NCBI RefSeq assembly: GCF_008000775.2
Contig: NZ_CP042905.2
Location: 2,460,001 to 2,492,000, forward strand
Source: Promethearchaeum syntrophicum
Lineage (GTDB): Archaea > Asgardarchaeota > Lokiarchaeia > Sigyniarchaeales > Promethearchaeaceae
DNA: 32,000 nucleotides
Direction: 5' to 3'
Shown here: piece by piece, positions 1-8,568 of the stretch
Numbering within the stretch: the stretch's first letter is position 1
Layout of the letters: each line of letters begins with the position of its first letter
Translations under genes and position numbers: made by a program
The notes under the pieces: generated by a model
Databases searched by the model: none
What the model saw: the letters and a program-made list of their open reading frames with translations, nothing else
Told to the model about the DNA's origin: nothing

Positions 1-1
1 T

Positions 2-127
2 TTTAACTCTACCTCATCAGATGCCCCTCTAGAATTACAATTGGATGAATTAAAGTCAGAAATGTTAGATTCGCTTAAAAAGAATAAAAATGCAATCTCA
101 TTAGATCATAAAAAAATGATTGATTAA
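2..127 (+). CDS. 3' end of a CDS that starts upstream of the window (unknown product)
   Basis: The frame is open from the window edge to TAA at 125-127 (...ELQLDELKSEMLDSLKKNKNAISLDHKKMID*). It converges on the minus-strand gene ending at 132. Too short for a functional call. Confidence 0.3.
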   Translation, partial: FNSTSSDAPLELQLDELKSEMLDSLKKNKNAISLDHKKMID

Positions 128-131
128 AGAT

Positions 132-863
132 TTAGATATTAAGATCTGGGTTTGAATTACTATCTTTTAACCGATCAGGTTGCTTTTTAAGAGTATTATA
201 TACGATAGGACCAATTAAAACAATAATAGAAAAGACACTATAAAATAATAGAAATGGATCCCCTAAATTAACTACATCTGAATCCCATGGTTCTATTGAT
301 GTTTCGTAATCAATAGTATAGTTTTCTCCCGTAATTGTAATATTTACTCCATAAATCAGATCCCATCTCGGTTTACCTATGAGAAAATAATAATCCCCAT
401 CTGGTAAGGTATAATTCTCATTTTCTTCAATATTTCTCTCATATATTTTAATTGTTGTATTATAATCATGAATTCCAGGTTTAATCTTATCGACACCTCC
501 TGTCGAAGTGCCTTCTCCTGCGAAATTGTATATTGAAACATTTTCCAAATTTACGTTAATAGATGAAAAGTAAGAGGGCAGATATAGATCAAGATTAGCT
601 CCATTAGGTTTTCCAGAATATGTAGTAAATGGGCCTGTATTGTATACTTGATAATCAACGACAAAGAAACATTCCGTATTATTTGATTCCAATCCAGTAA
701 CTTGAAAATCTGTAATTCTGGAAGACATATTTGATGGAAATTCTAGTATGAATGTATTGCCATATTCAATTTGAATTCGGAAAGTTAAAAAAACCAGAAA
801 CAAAGCAACAAACCTTAAGACAAAATTTCTTATATCCTTTTTCGATAATCTTATTTTTTTCAT
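132..863 (-). CDS. Hypothetical membrane-anchored surface protein (N- and C-terminal hydrophobic helices, sequon-rich beta-type middle)
   Basis: Long ORF. It has an N-terminal hydrophobic segment (FVLRFVALFLVFLTF) and a C-terminal one (FLLFYSVFSIIVLIGPIV), with many N-x-S/T sequons between. The ORF track starts at GTG 872. I prefer the ATG at 863 (MKKIRLSKK). No family motif recognised. Confidence 0.6.
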   Translation of the reverse strand: MKKIRLSKKDIRNFVLRFVALFLVFLTFRIQIEYGNTFILEFPSNMSSRITDFQVTGLESNNTECFFVVDYQVYNTGPFTTYSGKPNGANLDLYLPSYFSSINVNLENVSIYNFAGEGTSTGGVDKIKPGIHDYNTTIKIYERNIEENENYTLPDGDYYFLIGKPRWDLIYGVNITITGENYTIDYETSIEPWDSDVVNLGDPFLLFYSVFSIIVLIGPIVYNTLKKQPDRLKDSNSNPDLNI

Positions 864-874
864 AAAAAACACTT

Positions 875-1690
875 TTATTTTGCTTTATTTTCCTTTCTTT
901 TTTCTCTTAAATATGACAAAATATTTGCAAAAACCAACATTAAAACTAAAACACCGAAAATTACAAAGAAAATAGTGTTAAATTGCTTAGAAACCGATTC
1001 AAATTGATCTTGGGGTAATGTTTCAAGGAATGACGGTTTATTCCCGTCAAGCATACTATAACCTAAATAGGCATAAAAAATTGCTCTGGGAACCGAACCT
1101 ATCAATGTAGCTATATAATAATGTTTTGGTTTAATATTAGATATACCTGCTGCATAGCTAACAGGATCAAACATTATCACAGGCACAGCCCTACCAATAA
1201 CAATTGCCCAAAAACCCCAATTTTCAATCCATTCATCCATAATTGATATCATTCTATCTGCAAGACCGATTTTCTCACCAGTAGCTTCGAGTATAGAACG
1301 TCCTCCTCTATTTGAGACATAATATGTTATTGCAGCACTTAGCATTGATCCGATTATTCCAAGAATTACTCCCCACCAGAATCCAAATATCATTGCTCCT
1401 GAGAGTAATACCAGCTCGGAAGGAATTGGGGCAATTAAACTCTGAAGTACCATAAGGAAAAGAAAAATAAAAGCAGCCCAAAAACCAAGATCGAGTAATG
1501 GTAAAATAAAATATTTTCTAATATTTGTAAAAAGAAATGTGTTATCGATAATTGTTAGGATGAATACAATGATTGAGATAATAACGATTATTGTAAATGC
1601 AATAGCCATGAAGATTTTTTTTTTCGACCAATGAAAAAATTTTTTTCTAGAGACTTCTAGATCTTGGGAATTTTCAGATTTTAGTGTCAT
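875..1690 (-). CDS. DedA / TVP38-TMEM64 (SNARE-associated) family membrane protein
   Basis: ATG start and multi-pass hydrophobic profile. The core LIAPIPSELVLLSGAMIFGFWWGVILGIIGSMLSAAITYYVSNRGGR matches the P-x-P...G-x-x-F-G...G...R-x-G-R pattern of the SNARE_assoc/DedA family. Confidence 0.75.
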   Translation of the reverse strand: MTLKSENSQDLEVSRKKFFHWSKKKIFMAIAFTIIVIISIIVFILTIIDNTFLFTNIRKYFILPLLDLGFWAAFIFLFLMVLQSLIAPIPSELVLLSGAMIFGFWWGVILGIIGSMLSAAITYYVSNRGGRSILEATGEKIGLADRMISIMDEWIENWGFWAIVIGRAVPVIMFDPVSYAAGISNIKPKHYYIATLIGSVPRAIFYAYLGYSMLDGNKPSFLETLPQDQFESVSKQFNTIFFVIFGVLVLMLVFANILSYLREKRKENKAK

Positions 1691-2006
1691 TATTAATTTT
1701 CTAATTTAACCACATGATTTGAATTTATCTATATAATAGGGCATAATCTGTAAGAGTAAAAATTTGAGGTTAAACTTGCTTTTCTGTCAAAAATATCGTA
1801 GAACTAGTAGAGAAATTATTATATGAAATATTATTATATTATTAGTAATCTTTCTTCAAGGGGATAAAAAAATTAGAATTAGTAAGGATAGATCGGCAAA
1901 CGAGGTTTCGCAATCTGAAATTAGAACAATTTCGTATGATTCTCGTAAAAAATTTATAGCCGTTGGGGCATTTGAAGAACCTGTATTAATTTATCGTTAT
2001 CCCTAT

Positions 2007-2837
2007 ATGAAATTATTTAAAAAGATCTCTCATCGTGAGAAGGTACCCTTAGTTGAAGGAGATGAATTATCCCTTGATGAGAATTCTATTGTTGAAATAA
2101 AAGGTGCTAAATTCCGAAAAGGAAAAATATTATCAGCTGTTGAAGTTCTATTTTCACATACAAGTCCACATTTAATAATTGCTTATACAAATGGTGATAT
2201 ATTAGTCTATAACATTCAAACTTGGAAAAAACAAATAGAGTTAGTCCTTTCCGAATCCATAACATCAGTTCAATTAGTAGAAAAGGGTAAATTCTTATTT
2301 TTAATTTCAAATTGGGAAATTACCGTAATAAATACGATGACTTGGAAAATAACCAAAACAAAAAAATTAGAGGACATTTTAATTAAAAAAGCAATTTTTA
2401 CTGAGGATTTCAATACAATATATATAATTTCTGATAAAAAACGTGTTCGATCATTTAATTATAAAACTCTTAACGAAGAGAACGTTTTTAAAGGACATAA
2501 GTCAGGAATCAATATGATTCGGCTTTCACCTGACGAAAAAACATTAGCAACCTGTGGAAATGATGGAAAAATTTCCTTATTTGATGCAAAGAGTGGTGAA
2601 TTTTTGTCATTTATGATTGGGCACGCTGATGAAGTTCATTCTTTAGATTTTTCTTCAAATGGTAAATTCTTGGTATCGAGTTCTGAAGATGAAACGTTAA
2701 GATTATGGGATATATCAACGTTTAAATGTGTAAAAATAATTCAAAATATTCCAAACGCATTTACTATGAAGATTTACAGTAATCTTCTTGTAATGGGTAC
2801 GGTAACAGGAGATATTTATACCTTTAAAATGTATTAA
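2007..2837 (+). CDS. WD40-repeat (beta-propeller) protein
   Basis: Canonical WD repeats: GHKSGINMIRLSPDEKTLATCGNDGKISLFD, GHADEVHSLDFSSNGKFLVSSSEDETLRLWD. The frame stays open, with WD-like sequence, for 180 nt upstream of the ATG (see findings), so the true start is uncertain. Confidence 0.85.
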   Translation: MKLFKKISHREKVPLVEGDELSLDENSIVEIKGAKFRKGKILSAVEVLFSHTSPHLIIAYTNGDILVYNIQTWKKQIELVLSESITSVQLVEKGKFLFLISNWEITVINTMTWKITKTKKLEDILIKKAIFTEDFNTIYIISDKKRVRSFNYKTLNEENVFKGHKSGINMIRLSPDEKTLATCGNDGKISLFDAKSGEFLSFMIGHADEVHSLDFSSNGKFLVSSSEDETLRLWDISTFKCVKIIQNIPNAFTMKIYSNLLVMGTVTGDIYTFKMY

Positions 2838-2880
2838 AGTAAACCGAAATATATTTGTTGTATGTTAGATTATTCCTCTT

Positions 2881-3234
2881 ATGAAAGCGCTAGGATTTCA
2901 TTACTTAATCGAGCTTAACAATTGTGATCCCAATTATTTAAAAGATGCACAATTTCTTGAAAAACTTTTGCAAAAAGCAGTTAAGGAAAGTGGTGCAACT
3001 GAAATTGGTAGAGTTTTTCATGAATTTTCACCACATGGAGTAAGCGGTGTAGTTTTAATTTCGGAATCACATTTTTCAATTCACACATGGCCTGAATACG
3101 GATATGCTGCCGTAGATTTTTTCACATGCAGTAAATCAGTTGATGTTCAAAAAGCAATTAGCATTTTAAAAAAAAATCTTGATGCCAAATCTTCATCCTT
3201 TGTTGAAATTAAAAGAGGTTTTCCAGAGACCTAA
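2881..3234 (+). CDS. speH: Pyruvoyl-dependent S-adenosylmethionine decarboxylase proenzyme (small class 1b SpeH type)
   Basis: 117 aa. It carries the self-cleavage/active-site region VLISE-SHFSIHTWPEYGYAAVDFFTC typical of the small SpeH family. A related arginine-decarboxylase paralog cannot be excluded from sequence alone. Confidence 0.85.
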   Translation: MKALGFHYLIELNNCDPNYLKDAQFLEKLLQKAVKESGATEIGRVFHEFSPHGVSGVVLISESHFSIHTWPEYGYAAVDFFTCSKSVDVQKAISILKKNLDAKSSSFVEIKRGFPET

Positions 3235-3240
3235 CTGTTA

Positions 3241-3978
3241 CTATGGTGACCCCACTACGCTTAAATAGAGAGTACTTTCTTCTTCTCCATCAATATTTAG
3301 CAAATCATTGATTTCATTATCGTAAAAAGCCGCGATTTGACAAGTTCCCAAACCCAATTCAATAGCAGCTAAAGATAAATGTGCCGCAATATGCCCCGCA
3401 TCTAAGTAAATATAGCGATAAGTGCGTTGTTGATATTTCCATTTTGATCTTTGAAAAATTGCAGTCCATATAAATACCATTGGTGCCATTGCAACCATTC
3501 TTTGATCAAGCGCACCTTGAGCAAAAGGAATAGAAAATTTTCCTTCTTTAATTTGGTCCAATGAATGATTTTGAATATCATAATGATAAATTCCATGATC
3601 TAATTCTTGACAATTATTAATTAAAATATAAGTTTCAATAGGGTATAATGCACCTGCGCTGGGAGCTGTTCTGAAAGCGAAATTGCCTATATTTCTTTGA
3701 ATTCCCGTAGATGCCCATAGCAGATAAGAAATTTGCTCTATTTTTACTGGTAATTCTTGAAAAACTCGAACACTTCGTCGTTGTTTAAAGATTTCAGTAA
3801 TATTTACATTTATGCTATGTTTACCATGAAAAGGACTTGGTAATGCGGTTTTTGGGCAATTTGGATATTTTTTATAGATTTTGGGTTTATTCTCCCAATC
3901 TAATCCCCTTCCTTTTAAGTGTCCTCTTATATATTTTGATTTTTCTTGGAAATCATTTCCATAATTACCATTATTCAT
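3241..3978 (-). CDS. SagB-type dehydrogenase / nitroreductase-family protein
   Basis: The N-terminal F-x-EKSKY...P-x-x-YK-x-YP segment and the RRSVR nitroreductase-fold signature (QRRSVRVF, then GALYPIE, YLDAGH) fit SagB-type nitroreductase-like domains. Convergent with speH, with only 6 nt between the stops. Confidence 0.7.
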   Translation of the reverse strand: MNNGNYGNDFQEKSKYIRGHLKGRGLDWENKPKIYKKYPNCPKTALPSPFHGKHSINVNITEIFKQRRSVRVFQELPVKIEQISYLLWASTGIQRNIGNFAFRTAPSAGALYPIETYILINNCQELDHGIYHYDIQNHSLDQIKEGKFSIPFAQGALDQRMVAMAPMVFIWTAIFQRSKWKYQQRTYRYIYLDAGHIAAHLSLAAIELGLGTCQIAAFYDNEINDLLNIDGEEESTLYLSVVGSP

Positions 3979-4003
3979 TATTAATTAAAACGTAATTTCA
4001 ATG

Positions 4004-4010
4004 ATATAAA
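4004..4010 (-). promoter_or_regulatory. TATA-box-like element upstream of the nitroreductase-family gene
   Basis: The minus strand reads GTTTATATC, centred about 29 nt upstream of the ATG at 3978. A second A/T box (atttaaaaat, 4025-4034) sits about 30 nt upstream of the divergent plus-strand ATG at 4060. Confidence 0.3.
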
Positions 4011-4053
4011 CATTTTTTACGTAGATTTAAAAATCTTAAATTTGTAACTAAAA

Positions 4054-4995
4054 GTGTATATGCCAATAGACAATCGTAAGAAATCTTATTATGAATTTGG
4101 AAAATCTATGAAGTATTATTCGATATCGAAGTGGATTTATGAAGTTATTAATATCATTTTAAATTTTTTTATCATAATCGGACTTGTTTTTGTTCTGATT
4201 GCTTATATTGATCCTTATAACTTTAATTATTCTACCTTTGAGATTATAATTATTATTTACACAATAGCAGTGGTAATAATTATTATACTGTTTTTGATAA
4301 CTGCCTCTATAAGTTTTATATTTTTCATATATTATCTTGTCAGATTATACCATTCTTCTGAACACGATGAAAATGGGAGTCTTAAAAAAAGTTATATTTT
4401 GGAAATAGTAAGTATAGTGTTAAGTATTATATTACCAATAACGGTGGAGTTTTTGTCTTTAATTCTTGATCTTTTTATTCCAGGCTATAATTATTCCTTT
4501 ATTATTCCCGATGTTTATGGTATAATCTACGATATGTCTTTAAATTCGCTAATAATATCCATAAGTATATTCATACTCCGAATAATTTTGGGTTATATTC
4601 CACGAATCCTTAAAGCAATTGCTCAAAAAAATCTTCGCAAATGGACTGATGATCTTTTTGAATTTCCACAATCACCAAAGGAACGTGAAAGGCTTGAACA
4701 TTCAATAATCAAAGGAACTCAGTCAATGAAAATCGGGCAAATGTTAGGGATTTTTAGGATCGTTAGAGTTTTCGGAAAAATAATGTATAATATAGGCTTA
4801 GGAACAGCAGGAAAAGGTTTAATGAAAAGTTTCGAAGAAGATATTTACACGAAATATGTTAATTCCAACTACCCAACAATCCCCCAACAAAATAATACTG
4901 CAGTAGAAGATGATATACCTCGGTTTTGTGCGTATTGTGGATATGTTTTAATTCCTAATTCAAAATTTTGCGGAAAATGCGGTAAATCGTTTTAA
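4054..4995 (+). CDS. Multi-pass membrane protein with C-terminal zinc-ribbon
   Basis: Several long Ile/Leu/Phe-rich helices are followed by a soluble tail ending in CAYCG...x11...CGKCG (CxxC...CxxC zinc ribbon). The start is GTG 4054 or ATG 4060. Confidence 0.6.
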   Translation: MYMPIDNRKKSYYEFGKSMKYYSISKWIYEVINIILNFFIIIGLVFVLIAYIDPYNFNYSTFEIIIIIYTIAVVIIIILFLITASISFIFFIYYLVRLYHSSEHDENGSLKKSYILEIVSIVLSIILPITVEFLSLILDLFIPGYNYSFIIPDVYGIIYDMSLNSLIISISIFILRIILGYIPRILKAIAQKNLRKWTDDLFEFPQSPKERERLEHSIIKGTQSMKIGQMLGIFRIVRVFGKIMYNIGLGTAGKGLMKSFEEDIYTKYVNSNYPTIPQQNNTAVEDDIPRFCAYCGYVLIPNSKFCGKCGKSF

Positions 4996-5010
4996 TTGAT
5001 AGTAAATCCC

Positions 5011-5048
5011 TTTTTCCTCTATTTTTATTCTAAAAAAAAAAATTTTTT
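5011..5048. terminator. Bidirectional oligo-T terminator region between convergent genes
   Basis: After the plus-strand stop (4993-4995) come T5 (5011-5015) and T5 (5022-5026). For the minus-strand gene (stop at 5047-5049), A11 at 5032-5042 reads as T11 just downstream on the minus strand. Confidence 0.35.
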
Positions 5049-7527
5049 AAATGAATAAACTCATATTCGCTTCTTCAGCAGCACCTAACATAGTGGCTAC
5101 TCCACCTAAAGATACTCCCTCGATAAGTTCTTCCTCTTTTATTCCCATAAGATCCATAGTCATTTGACAAGCAACTAATTTAACTCCATTTTTCAGAGCG
5201 GATTGAATTAAGTCGTGCAATGAAGAAATATTATGTTTCTTCATAATGCCTTTGATCATTTTTGTTCCCATACCAAGCATTTTCATTTGTGATATTTCTA
5301 GTTTTTCTGTACCTCGAGGCATCATTTTACCAAACATTCGTTCAATGAAATTTTTTTTTACTTTGACTTTTTTAGGTTTACGGAGAATATTCAATCCCCA
5401 GAATGTAAAGAATATACTAACTTCGCTCCCCATCGCTACTGATCCGTTCGCAATTATAAAAGCTGCAATCGCTTTATCTAGATCACCGCTAAATACGATG
5501 AGATTTTTCCCAGTTGGAAGAGATCCAATATTTGCCATAGGAGTTTTTTCAGGTATATCTTTCTTTATTAAAGCCACAATCTCCCTGTTTTCTTTAACAA
5601 TGTTCATGATAGTATTATTTGTAGATTTTGCCCATACCTTCACATCGGAAAAAAATCCAGGATCTGTTGCGGTGATTTTTAAAATTTCTCCAGCGTTTAA
5701 CGAATCCATGCCTTCAGCAACTTTCATGATGGGTCCAGGACAAGCTAACCCACATGCATCCACTTCGATAGCAGCTTGAATATCATCATCAATATATTCT
5801 TTTGTTGGAACTGCATGAATAACATCATCGGTTTTAATCCCTAAATCTGCAAAAACACCTTCATTAGATTGTTTTTCTGTCACAATTTTATAAGCTTTAT
5901 ATCCTCCACTTAAATTTTTAACTTTGAATCCATGTTGCATCAAAATTCGTGCCGCATAATACCCCCTTTGACCTGCTTGACAGTATACAATCAATTCTTT
6001 ACCAACAGGGATTTCATTAATTCGGTCTCGTAGATTATCTAAGGGGATATGCAGAGAATTTGGTAATTTTCCAAGTTTCATTTCTAATTCTGTACGAATA
6101 TCAAGCAAGATTGTTTTTTTAGGATCAATTTTTGCTATATCATCCCAAAAAACAACTTCCATATCTCCTTTAAGAATATTTGAAGCGACAAATCCAGCGA
6201 TATTTACGGGATCTTTAGCAGAAGAATAAGGGGGAGCATATGCTAGTTCAAGCTGTTCTAAATCATAAACTGTCATATTAGCTCGAATTGCAGTTGCTAA
6301 AACATCAATACGCTTATCTACTCCATCATAACCAACAATCTGAGCCCCCAATATTTTACCGTTATCTGGAGCAAAGATAATTTTCATGGACATTGGAATA
6401 GCTCCCGGATAATATCCTGCATGAGAAGAATTTTGAGTATAGGATTTCAAATAGGAAATTCCATAGCGATTAAGGGTTTTTTCATTATTTCCTGTTGTAG
6501 CAATAGTGAGATCAAAGATTTTGGCAATGGAAGTTCCTTGAGTTCCATGAAATTCTTCTATATTTCCATTGATATTGTTTGCAACAATCCGACCTTGTTT
6601 ATTTGCTGGTCCAGCTAATGGAATTAGAGTAGAATTTTTATTAATGAAATCCTCTACCTCAATGGCATCACCAATTGCATAAATATTTGGATCATTAGTT
6701 TCCAGTCTTTTATTAACTTTAATACCTCCTCGTTCTCCGAGTGTAAGGTTTGCCTCTTTGGCTAATTTATTTTCTGGTTTTACACCAATTCCGAAAATAA
6801 CCATATTTGTGCGGATTTTAGTTCCACTGTTTAAAGTCACAATTATAATATCTTTATCTTCTTCCTCAAAGGATTTAACACCGTCATTTAAATAGAGTTC
6901 AATATCTTGCGATTTCAAATGTTGATGAACATAAGCTGCCATTTCATAATCTAATGGCCTCATTACTTGATTGGCAAGTTCATTTACTGTGACTTTTATT
7001 CCACGTTGCACTAAATTTTCTGCCATTTCAAGACCAATAAATCCCCCTCCAACAACTAAGGCATGACTAGGGTGATTTTCGTCAATATAATTTTTGATAG
7101 CTTCTGTATCAGGAATATTGCGTAAAGTAAAGATTTTCGATAAGTTAATTCCAGGAATCGGAGGTCTAACAGGAGTCGCTCCTGGAGAAAGTACCAATTT
7201 ATCATAAGATTCAGTATAAATGTTATTATTTGACAAATCATGAATTTCAATTGTTTTTGCTTCACGATTAATTTTTAAGGCTTCAGATTTAGTGCGAATG
7301 TCGATATTGAAGCTTGCATGCATTTTTTCAGGTGTTTCAACTAACAACTTTGATTCGTCTTTAATAATTTCTCCGATATAATAGGGTAGACCACAATTTG
7401 CAAAAGAAATATGTTCACCGCGCTCAATCATAATTATTTCTGCTTTTTCATCTATTCTACGCAATCTCACAGCACAAGAAGCACCTCCAGCGACACCTCC
7501 TATAATAATAGTTTTATTTGAAGACAT
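5047..7527 (-). CDS. cdr: CoA-disulfide reductase-like flavoprotein fused to rhodanese, TusA/SirA-like and DsrE-like domains (persulfide/polysulfide reductase type)
   Basis: Motifs seen:
- FAD motif IIIGGVAGG
- CoADR redox cysteine motif SFANCGLPYY (Cys codon at 7393-7395)
- NAD motif VVGGGFIGLE
- rhodanese loop VYCQAGQRG
- TusA-type CGLACPGP
- C-terminal DsrE/DsrF-like domain
The ORF track starts at TTG 7536. The ATG at 7527 (MSSNKTIIIGG) is more likely. Confidence 0.9.
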   Translation of the reverse strand: MSSNKTIIIGGVAGGASCAVRLRRIDEKAEIIMIERGEHISFANCGLPYYIGEIIKDESKLLVETPEKMHASFNIDIRTKSEALKINREAKTIEIHDLSNNNIYTESYDKLVLSPGATPVRPPIPGINLSKIFTLRNIPDTEAIKNYIDENHPSHALVVGGGFIGLEMAENLVQRGIKVTVNELANQVMRPLDYEMAAYVHQHLKSQDIELYLNDGVKSFEEEDKDIIIVTLNSGTKIRTNMVIFGIGVKPENKLAKEANLTLGERGGIKVNKRLETNDPNIYAIGDAIEVEDFINKNSTLIPLAGPANKQGRIVANNINGNIEEFHGTQGTSIAKIFDLTIATTGNNEKTLNRYGISYLKSYTQNSSHAGYYPGAIPMSMKIIFAPDNGKILGAQIVGYDGVDKRIDVLATAIRANMTVYDLEQLELAYAPPYSSAKDPVNIAGFVASNILKGDMEVVFWDDIAKIDPKKTILLDIRTELEMKLGKLPNSLHIPLDNLRDRINEIPVGKELIVYCQAGQRGYYAARILMQHGFKVKNLSGGYKAYKIVTEKQSNEGVFADLGIKTDDVIHAVPTKEYIDDDIQAAIEVDACGLACPGPIMKVAEGMDSLNAGEILKITATDPGFFSDVKVWAKSTNNTIMNIVKENREIVALIKKDIPEKTPMANIGSLPTGKNLIVFSGDLDKAIAAFIIANGSVAMGSEVSIFFTFWGLNILRKPKKVKVKKNFIERMFGKMMPRGTEKLEISQMKMLGMGTKMIKGIMKKHNISSLHDLIQSALKNGVKLVACQMTMDLMGIKEEELIEGVSLGGVATMLGAAEEANMSLFI

Positions 7528-7819
7528 AATTTTCAATTATCAATAGGGATGTTTTTTGTTAAAGGTTTCGCATTATAATTTCACGACCTTTCATTATTAA
7601 AGAAACAAGGACGAAGATTTTCCCAAACAAATTTCGAACTATTGATTGAAAATCGAATGTCTATCATTAAAAAGGTCTAAAAAAATGAGATATTTGCTTG
7701 GAAATGATCACTCCCAATTTCCCTAGTTTATCCCATTATAATTGTTAATGATAAGATGTTAGTAGAAAAATAATCAAAAAAAAAATCAAGAAAAAATTAC
7801 CAAGAAAAATTCATATATA

Positions 7820-8008
7820 TTATTCTTCAACGACAATAGCTTCTTCAGGACAGGCTGAAACACATGCTTGGCATCCAACGCAATCTTCTTGGCGAGCAAC
7901 TACTGTTTTTCCATCAACTACTTCATCAAACACTTCAGATGGACAGACATTGAAGCACTCTCCACAACCAGTACATTTATCAAAATCAACTTTAACAACA
8001 AACGACAT
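7820..8008 (-). CDS. 2x[4Fe-4S] ferredoxin
   Basis: 62 aa with two CxxCxxCxxxCP motifs (CTGCGECFNVCP and CVGCQACVSACP). Confidence 0.9.
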   Translation of the reverse strand: MSFVVKVDFDKCTGCGECFNVCPSEVFDEVVDGKTVVARQEDCVGCQACVSACPEEAIVVEE

Positions 8009-8169
8009 TTTTTTTTACCTCAAATAATAGTGTTAGCCTTTCAATAGAATAAGAAACACTAAACCAATTAAAAATAATTTAAGATTGGTTTAAAACATAA
8101 TTATTTTTGGGGTTCTGGATCTTTTAGATTACGAAAAACGATTATAGCAAATTAAAATAAAGAAAAAAA

Positions 8170-8460
8170 TTATAGATCTACCTTATCAGGAGGGCAACCA
8201 TAATCATCTCTGACTTTACAATTTTCACGACTTGAATTTCCATCACAAGATGCACACTCTACATCACGAAGCATTATTTCGATATCATCTGGAGTACGTT
8301 TCGCAATGCCTTCATCTTCTCCAGCAAGCATATCATCATCCATTTCTTCGAGATCTTCTTCAACAAATTCTGGACCGTCTTCTTCTATATCTTCATCATC
8401 TTCAATTTTTTTTGCTTTTGGTTTTGATGTTTTTTTCTTAGAAGTTGTTTTCTTAGCCAT
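8170..8460 (-). CDS. Small hypothetical protein: Lys-rich N-terminus, long acidic tract, C-terminal 4-Cys cluster
   Basis: ATG-started 96-aa ORF. Sequence: MAKKTTSKKKTSKPKAKK, then a run of D/E, then C-x2-C-x9-C-x7-C (CASCDGNSSRENCKVRDDYGC). No family recognised. It sits between Fe-S protein genes on the same strand. Confidence 0.5.
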   Translation of the reverse strand: MAKKTTSKKKTSKPKAKKIEDDEDIEEDGPEFVEEDLEEMDDDMLAGEDEGIAKRTPDDIEIMLRDVECASCDGNSSRENCKVRDDYGCPPDKVDL

Positions 8461-8568
8461 ATTCCAAAAAATATTTGTTTTTGTAAAAAGTTTTCTATTC
8501 GGTTACATTGCTCTATTTTAATCTGTATAATATTTTGGAATAGGAAAAGGATGGAAAAAAAAGAATTA

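Noticed and set aside
1859-1871. Programmed +1 frameshift (GGA-UAA-A) joining the short MKYYYIISNLSSRG ORF to the WD40 frame.
   Set aside because: The slippery context does not match known +1 sites, and the short leader peptide has no WD character. An indel or a non-canonical start is a simpler explanation. It is kept only as part of the WD40 start-site observation.
5246-5779. 177-aa plus-strand ORF inside the CoADR fusion gene. The shorter ORFs at 6421-6618 and 7056-7265 are similar.
   Set aside because: It lies antisense or overlapping to a gene with unmistakable conserved motifs. Its composition is hydrophobic and low-complexity with no motifs. This is a typical shadow ORF.
8060-8092. 9-bp inverted repeat (taaaccaat ... 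attggttta) with a 15-nt loop between the 96-aa gene and the ferredoxin gene.
   Set aside because: The stem is all A/T-rich and short, the loop is long, and there is no adjacent oligo-T on the relevant strand. It is easily a chance occurrence at this base composition.
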